The notes below the pieces were generated by a model. The model was given only the letters and a program-made list of their open reading frames with translations. It made no database searches and was not told the DNA's origin. The translations under genes and the position numbers were made by a program. This document shows positions 1 through 10,100 of a DNA stretch of 61,281 nt, piece after piece. This stretch comes from a virus. Lineage: Duplodnaviria; Caudoviricetes. The DNA lies in the IMG/VR virus record IMGVR_UViG_3300030098_004783, positions 1-61,281 of that record; one strand, written 5' to 3'. Every line of letters begins with the position of its first letter. The first letter of the stretch is position 1.

Positions 1-2
1 CA

Positions 3-1583
3 ATAGAATCATTTGCTGAGTGTTTACATATATTAATGTGTGGGACCGGCTTTGGTTTTAGTGTTTCGGAAAAACACGTCAACAAACTTCCAGTCGTGCC
101 TGAGCTTACTGAGGAACGGTTACCCGATTATGTGGTTCCTGATTCCAAAGAAGGTTGGGCCGACTCGGTAAAGGTGCTTATGAATGCTCTCTTTGAGGGT
201 AAACATATACACTTCGATTACTCGGAGTTAAGACCAGAAGGTTCGCGTCTCGCGACAATGGGAGGACGTTCCTCTGGTCCAGCACCACTTATAAGATTGC
301 ATCAATTTATAAGAGAAGTGTTTGGTAAAGCACAAGGAAGAAAACTTCGACCGATTGACTGTCACGATATCTGTAATCAGATAGCAGAGATAGTTGTATC
401 AGGAGGAGTTCGCAGAAGTTCTCAGATATCATTATCAGACTTAGATGATGATAAGATGAGAGACGCTAAGATATGGCCATTTCCCCTTAGACGAGCAATG
501 GCTAACAACTCAGCAGTATATGAAAGTAAACCTACAGCGGTAGAGTTCTTAAATGAATGGGCTACGTTAGCTGCCTCAGGGACAGGTGAACGTGGTATAT
601 TTAATCTTAAAGGTGCTAGAGATTCTGCACCAAAGAGAAGAAATGGAAATATGATTGAAGGAACTAACCCGTGCGGTGAAATTATGCTGAGAGACCAAGA
701 GTTCTGTAATCTTTCTGAAGTAGTAGTAAAAGAATACGATGATTTAGATACATTATTAGATAAGGTAGAGACAGCAACGTGGATGGGTGTAATACAATCC
801 GCATTTACTGACTTTCCTTACCTGAGACCTAAGTGGAAAAAGAATTGTGACGTAGAACGGCTTTTAGGCGTCAGTATGACTGGGGTATGTGATAACCTAC
901 CGGCACTGACTTCGGACGCTTTAAAGGCCCTTAAAAGCCGCGTATTGCGAATTTCTCGCAAAGCTGCTGATACATTAGGCGTTCAACATTCAAAAGCAAC
1001 CACTTGTATAAAACCAAGCGGCACAGTTAGTCAATTAGTGAACTCCGCTTCGGGAATGCATCCACGTTATTCCAGATATTACTTACGCCGGTATAGAATT
1101 GCGGCTACTGACCCTCTATTTCATATGATGAAAGACCAGGGAGTCACGTTCTATCCCGAAGTTGGACAAAAAGATGGACTCGCTACAACGTATGTTTGTG
1201 AATATCCTGTTAACTCTCCTAGTAATTGTCTTACTAGGAAAGATATCGGAGCTATAGAGCAATTGGAATTGTACAAACTAATACAAGAAAACTGGTGTGA
1301 ACACAATGCTTCTCTTACTGTATATGTTAAAGATAATGAATGGTTTGAAGTCGGTAACTGGGTATATAAAAATTGGAATATTATTAACGGTGTATCTTTT
1401 CTTCCTTATGATTCTGGTCACTACAAGTTAGCGCCATATAAGGAAATAACAGAAAAAGAATACAACGAAAGAATGGAGACATTCATTAATTCTGACTACA
1501 GTAAACTCAGTAAATATGAGACTGAAGATAATACAGAAGGTGCTAAAGAATTAGCCTGTAGTGGGGACAAATGCGATATATAA
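3..1583 (+). CDS. nrdJ: Class II (adenosylcobalamin-dependent) ribonucleotide reductase, 5'-truncated by window edge
   Basis: Motifs VVSGGVRRS, GTNPCGEI, TCIKPSGTVSQL and C-terminal ACSGDKC redox pair. The frame is open from base 3 (IESFAECLHILMCGTGFGF), so ATG 36 is internal. Confidence 0.93.
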   Translation: MESFAECLHILMCGTGFGFSVSEKHVNKLPVVPELTEERLPDYVVPDSKEGWADSVKVLMNALFEGKHIHFDYSELRPEGSRLATMGGRSSGPAPLIRLHQFIREVFGKAQGRKLRPIDCHDICNQIAEIVVSGGVRRSSQISLSDLDDDKMRDAKIWPFPLRRAMANNSAVYESKPTAVEFLNEWATLAASGTGERGIFNLKGARDSAPKRRNGNMIEGTNPCGEIMLRDQEFCNLSEVVVKEYDDLDTLLDKVETATWMGVIQSAFTDFPYLRPKWKKNCDVERLLGVSMTGVCDNLPALTSDALKALKSRVLRISRKAADTLGVQHSKATTCIKPSGTVSQLVNSASGMHPRYSRYYLRRYRIAATDPLFHMMKDQGVTFYPEVGQKDGLATTYVCEYPVNSPSNCLTRKDIGAIEQLELYKLIQENWCEHNASLTVYVKDNEWFEVGNWVYKNWNIINGVSFLPYDSGHYKLAPYKEITEKEYNERMETFINSDYSKLSKYETEDNTEGAKELACSGDKCDI

Positions 1584-1679
1584 ATGATAAGATACCATAC
1601 CGAATGCCCACATTGCTGGAAGCGTTGCATCCTTATAAGATACGATGGAAGTTATAAATGCTGTAATTGTAACAGATAG
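1584..1679 (+). CDS. 31-aa zinc-finger microprotein (not in ORF track)
   Basis: MIRYHTECPHCWKRCILIRYDGSYKCCNCNR; ATG directly follows the nrdJ stop and the ORF fills the gap to the primase. Confidence 0.65.
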   Translation: MIRYHTECPHCWKRCILIRYDGSYKCCNCNR

Positions 1680-1685
1680 GTAAAG

Positions 1686-2831
1686 ATGACAACTATTAAT
1701 CAATTAAATCTCACTTTCTGTGAGGGCGCAGATGAAATGAGATACGTTGTACCTAAAGAAAAGGAAGACGGATTCTATTTCAGTAATGATGATATACCTC
1801 TACCAGATGTAGGTAGTTGGTTGCGCTCTATTAAATATAAAGATGAGAATGCTTATTTATTCGTATTAGATATAGATGCTAAGAAGTTTGATAGGAACGT
1901 ACTTATTGCCGCACGTGGGTTGCACGATACAATAAGAAACTATCTTCACGTAGAACCAGTATTAAAAGCATCTGGTAGTAAAGGAGTACAGATTATATTT
2001 AAACTGAACTTCGATGAGAACGTTGAAGAACATATTGCTTTAAAAAATATGGAGAACTTAGCTTATACGCTATATAAAATAACTACACCTGAAGTAAGAA
2101 AGAGAATTAGATTCGACGAGAAACCTGGAATAGACTGTGCAATGTTCACAAAGAGAAGGATGCTTCGCTCATTTTGTAAACACTTAGGTTCAAATATGTT
2201 CTCCGTTCCGTACAAGTACGAAGATGATTTTAACACTGTGAAGAAAAGAATGAACTTAGAAGTACCCCTTATATCGTTCGATACATTCCCAGAAGTTCAA
2301 TATAATGATGAGTATGTTATATATGAATATACAACGTCTACTAATGATATTGGCGTACTTCTAGAAGAGCTTCCAGATTTAGACCCAGAGAATAAGAAGG
2401 TGGCCGCTGATAATAAAAAGTACCAGCGAATGCCTACGATTTTAAAACGTGTCGTCGATTGCGACCACGTTGACCACAGTCTTAAATGGCCTTTAATTAG
2501 CTATTTGCATATATGGGAACGTATGCAGCCAAAGGAAATTGCTGAGTGGCTTTGGCAATACTCAGGTTGGAAAGATTTGAGTAACGTTAAAATAACGATG
2601 TATCAAATCACGTGGACCTGTAACTGGGTTGATAAACAAGAGTGGTGGAAGCAAGATAAAAGTATAAGATACTTATTCCCACTTCCTGACTCTTTCTTAG
2701 AACCTATGTTCCAAGAACGTGCACTAAAGATTGGTTGGTCTAATCTATACCAAGAACTTCGGTATACTTTGACTCGTTATCTTTCAATGCTAGGGCTTGA
2801 ACCGTCCGAAGCGTCACAAACCGTGCAGTGA
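1686..2831 (+). CDS. priS: Archaeo-eukaryotic primase, PriS catalytic domain fused to a PriL/PriX-like C-terminal domain
   Basis: LFVLDIDA (motif I), KASGSKGVQ (motif II variant), IDCAMF..RMLRS (motif III); helical C-terminal region HSLKWPLISYL...KITMYQI. Confidence 0.8.
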   Translation: MTTINQLNLTFCEGADEMRYVVPKEKEDGFYFSNDDIPLPDVGSWLRSIKYKDENAYLFVLDIDAKKFDRNVLIAARGLHDTIRNYLHVEPVLKASGSKGVQIIFKLNFDENVEEHIALKNMENLAYTLYKITTPEVRKRIRFDEKPGIDCAMFTKRRMLRSFCKHLGSNMFSVPYKYEDDFNTVKKRMNLEVPLISFDTFPEVQYNDEYVIYEYTTSTNDIGVLLEELPDLDPENKKVAADNKKYQRMPTILKRVVDCDHVDHSLKWPLISYLHIWERMQPKEIAEWLWQYSGWKDLSNVKITMYQITWTCNWVDKQEWWKQDKSIRYLFPLPDSFLEPMFQERALKIGWSNLYQELRYTLTRYLSMLGLEPSEASQTVQ

Positions 2832-3138
2832 AGTAATTCCACTCACGTCCTACTTTCGTAGTGATATTTTTATCGTTCAGATACTTTGCTATCTGTCCGT
2901 ATGTGTGACCTGTCTTTCTAAGATTCACCATATCTAAACATATCTCCCATTCCTCGGGAGTATATCCAAACATATCGCTTCTAAACGAACGTTGGCGAAC
3001 CGCGTCAGTTCCTTTCGATGTACTTCCGCTCATAAGAACTCCTTTAAAGGGGTCTCCCTTTTGTATCTTAGCAGAGCCTCTTAAGCCTACATCTTTAATC
3101 TTTTCTGTCCATTCTTCATTGGGTGTTCCGTGTACCAT
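2740..3138 (-). CDS. Small protein with serine-recombinase-type DNA-binding (Recombinase/HTH) domain, no catalytic domain
   Basis: GHTYGQIAKYLNDKNITTKVGREW pattern; GGAGG upstream; last gene of the late operon. Confidence 0.6.
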   Translation of the reverse strand: MVHGTPNEEWTEKIKDVGLRGSAKIQKGDPFKGVLMSGSTSKGTDAVRQRSFRSDMFGYTPEEWEICLDMVNLRKTGHTYGQIAKYLNDKNITTKVGREWNYFTARFVTLRTVQALALKDNESKYTEVLGID

Positions 3139-3142
3139 TTCC

Positions 3143-4201
3143 TTATCCTCCTAATGTTATTTTTCTTTCTAAGTAATCACCAAGTCTTGGTTTACGTTTA
3201 TCTAAACCGAGAACGCAAGTTATATCATCGCCCATAACTTTGATGGTTTTAGATGTAACTCTGTGATTACCTCTTATGTTCTTATCTGGTACCGAAAGAT
3301 ATACCAGACTTTCCAAACCTACGTAGAATCCTCTGCTTATGTCCACAGATATTTCTTTTTGTTCTACGTAATTTTTCATAACTGTACTTAAAGCTTCTTC
3401 ATATACTTCTGCATTTTCTGTTTTATTGCTTTGAAATGTTGTACCTACTCTTCCCATAGGTGCATTTCCATAAGTAAATGTTCCGAATGCATCATCACTA
3501 CCTATGCCTACCGCCGTTGTAGCGGGAGCTATATGATTATAGCTTAATCCTTTTATTCCATCCATATAAGATAGAGTTAATGAGCGCGAGCCAGTATCCA
3601 CGCTTTTCTTTTTTCCTAATATAATTTTATCGCCCACCATATCTACATAATATTCCAATGGGTCTTCTGGTGTTGTATCATCTACTGTTTTAGCCATAAC
3701 TTCTAAAAATATTTCATAAGGAGATTGTCCCGAAGTTCGATATCCTTTCATTGGGGTTTCAGGGGAAAAGTCACTAAAAGCAGATAAATCTATAACAGTT
3801 GATGACGTATTTACTTTATCTTTTATTATTGAAGATAAGAATTGAACTGTAGTATATCCGTCAAAATTATCTTTATCAGTTATAGCCACTGGTTCTGCGT
3901 CAGACCCAGAAAGAAATATACGTGGGTCGTAAGCCATTATAGATATACTAGTATCATTGGGGTTCATTTCTTTAACATATCCTACGAATATAGGTGAACC
4001 TTCACTGACTCCCTCTCCTAGATAGAACTCTACTTTAGAATTAAACAAATGTGCGTCTTGATATTCAGGGTCATCTATATTAATTTGCAAACTATTAATT
4101 TGATTATTACCAGGAATGTTTAAAGATACTGATTTAAATTCAGTTATATCCTTTCCTCCTATTGTTAATTTAGGAAGACTATATAAATTGCGGCCTCTCA
4201 T
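3143..4201 (-). CDS. Tail tip / baseplate hub-like protein
   Basis: Position after the tail genes; hub-like pattern (IFVGYV...ISIMAYD; YRV/HRVTSKTI). Confidence 0.6.
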   Translation of the reverse strand: MRGRNLYSLPKLTIGGKDITEFKSVSLNIPGNNQINSLQINIDDPEYQDAHLFNSKVEFYLGEGVSEGSPIFVGYVKEMNPNDTSISIMAYDPRIFLSGSDAEPVAITDKDNFDGYTTVQFLSSIIKDKVNTSSTVIDLSAFSDFSPETPMKGYRTSGQSPYEIFLEVMAKTVDDTTPEDPLEYYVDMVGDKIILGKKKSVDTGSRSLTLSYMDGIKGLSYNHIAPATTAVGIGSDDAFGTFTYGNAPMGRVGTTFQSNKTENAEVYEEALSTVMKNYVEQKEISVDISRGFYVGLESLVYLSVPDKNIRGNHRVTSKTIKVMGDDITCVLGLDKRKPRLGDYLERKITLGG

Positions 4202-7109
4202 CTAAGATTCCTCCCATTGATATAAGACCATCTGATAACCAAGTACCATCGTTAGCTATTTCTGCTACTGCTTCAGTTGCCATATCTACTGCCCATTTGT
4301 TACTTACCCTTCCAGTAGGAACGTCTTCGGATAGATTGGTTATCTTACCAAAGAACCTTACGTACGTACCATCTGGTCTTTGAATATCTAAGTACACTGG
4401 TGTACCTTCTTGTTGATATTTCTTTATGTTATTATAATCTGTCATACCAGAAGTAGTTGCTGTAGAATAATCGCCGAAGGCTATTCCTCCGAAACGTATG
4501 CTACCACCCTCTGACCCAATCTTACGTAGCTCAGAACGTCCTATTCTATCTGTAATGTTTATATACTTACCACGTCGGTTCCAACTAACGGATTGCGCGA
4601 TAAGGATATCATTTAAAGACACGTGAGCTGAATCAATTACTTTTATAACTTCAGAGTGACTATTATCATATGGATATATATATTTAATGTGTGGTATACC
4701 AGAAGAACCGGCATCATCTTCCCAACCAATCGTCATAAGAATAGCATACGAATCAAATGTCCACCCACTACCAGATGGTATATCTACATCAGTTGGGTCA
4801 ACCAATCCACTAGTATCGTGCTTACATTTAACCCAATCATCGGGAGCTTCAAAGACTAACGGTCCATTAACAGCTAGGGATACAAAGTCAGGGTCAGCTG
4901 CATTGCTGTGGGTTGTAGGTTTTGGAGCACGGGTATAATCAGTAAATTGTAATGCCCTAAATTTAATCTCATTTGTTAGTGGGTCTTTAACGGGATACTG
5001 TAAACTAATTCTACATCTTCCTAAGTTAAAATCCTTAAGATTAGTAGTATCTACATTTTTTAATCCAATAAACAGCCTATCAAATTTTCTTTCTGATTTA
5101 GCTATTAGTATATAATTCTTTGGAGTTTCATCTGCACTAATAACATTAGAATCAGCTAGTGTCATTATATCATTACTTACATCGTCGTTATTACCTTCAG
5201 TATCAGACCAAGTCCCACCATTATTTACAGTAACTGAGATAAGATTGCGTTCTTCTACTTCTTCGGGTAAGTTTTTAGATGAATTATTAGCTTGTGTATA
5301 ATCCGAAAATGATTCTAATTTAGAATAACTTAATTTATCATACGCGGTCTCAGTTCTGTCATCTTTAACTTGAAGTCTTAATAATCTGTAATCATCTAAG
5401 AATCTATTGTCACCACCTACTGTTCTATCATCTAATACACTGCGAACACCAACGAAATCATTATCTACATAGGGGTCGTGCGTATAAGCGTGTCGCTCTC
5501 TATAAGTATCCATTCTATTTTCAGCCGCATTGAGAGTATCAGTAGCATAATTAGTATCTCCATTCTGCACATTAAAAGAAAAATCTCCCCTATCTAACCA
5601 TAGATTAGCTCTGTTTTCAGGTATAGTTAAATTAGATGCTCTAGTTCTACTTTCAGATGCATCAATCGTAGTAAAGAAGCCTCTATCTTCAAAGATATGA
5701 TGAGGCCAACCAGTAGTTAAACTACAAATCACTGGGTCATTAGCGTGGTCATATACACCCCACCCTCCCGTATTAGCTTCCGCAGAAGGCATAGATGTTG
5801 TAGTTCTATCAATAAAGAAACCATTTTTAGTTACTGCTCTAGCACTGCCACCGGCAACTACGCCAGTAACTGCCGTTAAAAACGTGAAATGCGTAGAATC
5901 AGCAACAGCTGAAATTGTTTGGTCCCCTGTAAATGCACCACAATCTGACAATGTAACTACCTGACCAGATGGAATACCGTGAGGTGCGCTAGTGGTTACT
6001 TCACACGCTCCACCGCCCTGTGCTAAATTACTAACGGTAAATTCATTTGTTACTGTAAATCGCCCATTAAAGTTTGTAGTATCTGATATTAATATATTAG
6101 CACTATTAGCTATCGCTGTACCAGTACTTGCATAATTAATAAATACTCTATCTGTCAAACTTCCTGTAGCTTGCGTTTGACTTTGTAACTCAGGTACCGT
6201 AGTAGATTGAATACTTGCAGTATGGCAGAATCTAAGATAAACTCTTTCACCTGGATAAAGCATATTACTGGACGCATCGTTTGCCGAAGTAGCTTCCGTA
6301 CAATATTTTAATTTAGCTTCTAATATTTTCCAGACATCATATATTGCTACTGGATTGGCAGCAGATATACTATTGTATTTAGTATGTAACGTTGTTGTAC
6401 GTATTCTACCACCTACTGTTTCGTACGTAACTTCTACAGGTACGTCTTTGTGAACATCTGGGCTTACACTCTCTCCACTAAACCAAGCATAAACCATACT
6501 TGGTAAACTTCTACGGGCTAAGTTTCCTTCTATGTTAGTATTGTATATACCACTATAAACTGTCTTTCTATCTGTTTTAAGTACAGCTATTGGTGGTAAC
6601 GTTGTCGGATAAAAGAAAGGTATCTTTGTGGACGTCTGTGTATCCAAGTGTAACAATGATGTATCTTGACTTCCAGTGCCTATGTTCGATACAGTCCTTT
6701 CATCAAGTTCACCGAAGGTATTATCTGTATTACCTGTCGTATAATATTTTGACCAATATCCTTCTGTGCTTATAGCACGTACTAACGGAAAGAATTTTCC
6801 GCTTTTTGTATAAATGTGACTTACAACTCCGAAGTGTTGTGGTTTATCTAAATAAACTACCTGCGAATTTGATTTTTCTGGCGAATTGTCTTCTCCATCG
6901 TCCCAGTCTATATAAAATCCAGATACTGGTTCATTAAATTCAACTCTATACCAATACTTTCTAAATCCAACAAAGTATTGGTCATCCTCGTGACTAGATA
7001 CTTGACCTACTCCATAACTTGTTATAGATAAAGCGCTAGTATCAGACTGCGCGTTTTCTTTTGTTTCATAGACTTTAATTATATAATCAGATGATGATGA
7101 TATGCTCAT
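4179..7109 (-). CDS. Tail tip / distal-tail protein with PKD-like and fibre-type beta domains
   Basis: FYIDWDDG...SHIYTKSG (PKD-like); VTTSAPHGIPSGQVVTLS motif seen in virion proteins; position in tail module. Confidence 0.6.
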   Translation of the reverse strand: MSISSSSDYIIKVYETKENAQSDTSALSITSYGVGQVSSHEDDQYFVGFRKYWYRVEFNEPVSGFYIDWDDGEDNSPEKSNSQVVYLDKPQHFGVVSHIYTKSGKFFPLVRAISTEGYWSKYYTTGNTDNTFGELDERTVSNIGTGSQDTSLLHLDTQTSTKIPFFYPTTLPPIAVLKTDRKTVYSGIYNTNIEGNLARRSLPSMVYAWFSGESVSPDVHKDVPVEVTYETVGGRIRTTTLHTKYNSISAANPVAIYDVWKILEAKLKYCTEATSANDASSNMLYPGERVYLRFCHTASIQSTTVPELQSQTQATGSLTDRVFINYASTGTAIANSANILISDTTNFNGRFTVTNEFTVSNLAQGGGACEVTTSAPHGIPSGQVVTLSDCGAFTGDQTISAVADSTHFTFLTAVTGVVAGGSARAVTKNGFFIDRTTTSMPSAEANTGGWGVYDHANDPVICSLTTGWPHHIFEDRGFFTTIDASESRTRASNLTIPENRANLWLDRGDFSFNVQNGDTNYATDTLNAAENRMDTYRERHAYTHDPYVDNDFVGVRSVLDDRTVGGDNRFLDDYRLLRLQVKDDRTETAYDKLSYSKLESFSDYTQANNSSKNLPEEVEERNLISVTVNNGGTWSDTEGNNDDVSNDIMTLADSNVISADETPKNYILIAKSERKFDRLFIGLKNVDTTNLKDFNLGRCRISLQYPVKDPLTNEIKFRALQFTDYTRAPKPTTHSNAADPDFVSLAVNGPLVFEAPDDWVKCKHDTSGLVDPTDVDIPSGSGWTFDSYAILMTIGWEDDAGSSGIPHIKYIYPYDNSHSEVIKVIDSAHVSLNDILIAQSVSWNRRGKYINITDRIGRSELRKIGSEGGSIRFGGIAFGDYSTATTSGMTDYNNIKKYQQEGTPVYLDIQRPDGTYVRFFGKITNLSEDVPTGRVSNKWAVDMATEAVAEIANDGTWLSDGLISMGGILDERPQFI

Positions 7110-10100
7110 AGTTCAACTCCTGCTTTGTGTATTGTTACCGTTGTCGAAGATGCTACTTCATCTATACTAGTTCCTCTAATGTTATGATAATCTTTAACAA
7201 ATAATCTAGCATAATATGATATTGGTTTTCCGTTACTATCAATATCAGAAACTGGTTTAGTCCATAAAAAGGTACCATCTGCTGGGTTGATAGGGTAGAT
7301 AGTATGCGGATAATAGACAAATTCCTCCATTTTTCCATCATATGATTCATTCCATCCCGAACTACTGCCTAAATGCCATACCCATCCAACACCACCTTCA
7401 TCGTAACTTCCTACTATCCTCGCTCCCGTTTTCCATCGAGTAGTTGAACCCGCGGCCAAAACCTTTCCACTTTGGTCTTCTAATTTTCCATTCAGAAATA
7501 GCTTACAATTTCCGTGGGTTAAATCTTTATCAAACGTTACTATTATATTTGTTGGAATTCCATTCAAAGGAGCAACTGAATGACTAGTTAATTCTACATA
7601 AGCATCGGCAACTAATTTACTATAATAAAATCTAGCGATTATTTTACCATCGCTATTCATTGCTATATCTACTCCACCCTTCCATCCACCGGTTTCGAGT
7701 ATACCACAATCGATATCAGGATATTTATCTGGTCTTATATGTATTACATATGATGATTGAGCGGAATTAATACTTCCAGATGCATCATTACTTCCACTTG
7801 AGCCAGGACGGAATATATATAATCTATCATTAACGCCGCTTCTAAAGTTATGGCACCAACCAGATAATCCTTCTGGGTCTAAAAATTTAGTATAATCATT
7901 TATACTACCACCCTGGTGAGTTCCTTTAGTGGTCGTCGTTGATGGATTAAATGCAGCAGGAGAAGATAACTTATCTAATCTTGTATATCCATATTGATAT
8001 GTTTTATTATTAAAATAATCAATCACATCCCCTTCGCTGTCATCAGTGCTAGGCGGCCAATTCATAAAAGTATTTTCTGTGCTAGGTAATGGTCTCCACA
8101 TAGGAACGTGTAAAGATGATTTATGATATTGATGAGTTGGCGGCTCGGTATCGATAATTAAAAATCCATACCAGGCATCTTCATCTGCACATTTCCATCT
8201 AAATTCTGGATAGAATGGGTTAGAATCGCTAGGGGATACATTAAAATCTGATACAGTAGGTAATCTATCTTCATAAATTGCTAAAGCAAATGGTTTTTTA
8301 GTATTGATGTGTCCAGTAGATACTATTTTATCATCGTTTTCTGAAGTTGCTATTGTCATAGAAGAAGAATTTAAAGGATTAGCAGAAGCTAATACTGTAG
8401 TTAAAACATCTCCTTCTTTAAGTTTATCTTCGTTAATTATAGGCGAAGTATCAAATACTAACCATTTATTTAAATCATCTAAATTATCTTCGACTACAAC
8501 TTGAGTAATATAACCTCCAGATGGATTATCATCTGACATTATTCCATTTCCATAATCTGTTTGAGTTTCTATAGATGAATTGTCAGGGTCAGGATTTAAA
8601 TTTCTTCGTTTTAAATAGGTACCCGCATCTGTGAACTTTGTTTCATTAAATGTTGCGCCATAAGACGTAGAATCTGGCAAAGATAAGCCCTGATTAATAG
8701 AAGTGATACTTCCGTATGTTCTTGAAATTCCTGGAATTCCTTCTGTTGCGCTAGTATTTCTAACTTCTAATACTAACCAATATTTTAATGGAGAAATAAA
8801 TAATCTATGATAAAATTCCTCTGTGCATAAGTCAGTCGTTCCATTTTGAGCTTTAGTTAAATCATTATTAAATTTAATCATATCTCCATTTCTTTCTATA
8901 ACTTTTACAATTTTTCCGAACTTATTAGTTGGATATGTAGTATAATCTTGATAAAATGTTTCAGTAAATGCTACTGCATCTATTCCTGCTCTTCCGAATT
9001 TATATATTACATATTCAGTATCATCTGCAAGATTAAAAATCGTGGGATTATCTACTTTTAACCACCCTTCTTTAGCATCAGATATATCTAATACTCTAGC
9101 AGATGCAAAAATATTTTCTCTTTTAGCAGGTATACATTGAGCTCCATCTAAGTCATTTCCTAAATTAACAGTAGATGAATTAAAATCAAAAATAAGCCCG
9201 CCTTTCTGTGAGAATAATTCTATTTGTGAAGTTCCCTTAAAATCAAAACCTCTATTTGCTACTGCTCCATATGTGCTTAATCCTTTATTGACATAAGGCC
9301 AGCCAGCAGCAGCATTTGTAGGACTTCCACTTTCATATGTAAAGAAAGAATGAGAAGCTTGACATCCAATACGCTCGTCCCAAGCGTTACTAGTAAATCC
9401 AGCTCTAATTGCTATATCACTGGAAGTATGATATATATCGTCTAGTGTAGATGAGTTATATCCAATATTACTAAACCATAAATTTGTAGTTCCACCCGAT
9501 GCTAATTTATCAAATTCGCCTGGGTCATCAAAACCAAGAGATATATAATTATTATTATAAAAAGTTGGATTTGCAGCTATTTCATCTCCAAATTCGCTCA
9601 TATCATCTGCTGAATATATATACGATTTATTAGATTCAATATTAATAGTTGATAATCCAGTATTATTTTCTGTAACTGTAGCGTTAGTCATTAAACTATT
9701 AAATCCGTGATATTGTACATTGTCAAAATAAATAACATTTTCTGTATCGAAATCATTAGTACTTCTAAAAGCATAATCATCTGGGTCAGTACTATAATTA
9801 GCTTTTCCAGGATAATTGAAATTCCATATTGACATATACCTAGGAGCTCTCCAATCAGTCATAAATGAACTAGATTCTCGGCATTGGAGCTGCATCCACT
9901 CGCTTAATGGTTCTTGTGTTTGTGAATTTCTTAATTGAAACATTATAGTTCTAGCATAAAATTTAAATGCTATATTTATCCAAACATTCTCTTCAATTTG
10001 AGCTCCAAAATTATGTTGTGCATCAAAATGACTATTTAAATTCATCCATACAGTAGGTCCTAAAGTTTCGTGGAAACAAGCTCCATCACTGCTTATTTTA

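Noticed and set aside
2740-3138. Integrase or prophage state
   Set aside because: No catalytic serine or tyrosine recombinase domain, no att-like flanks and no host genes at the window edges
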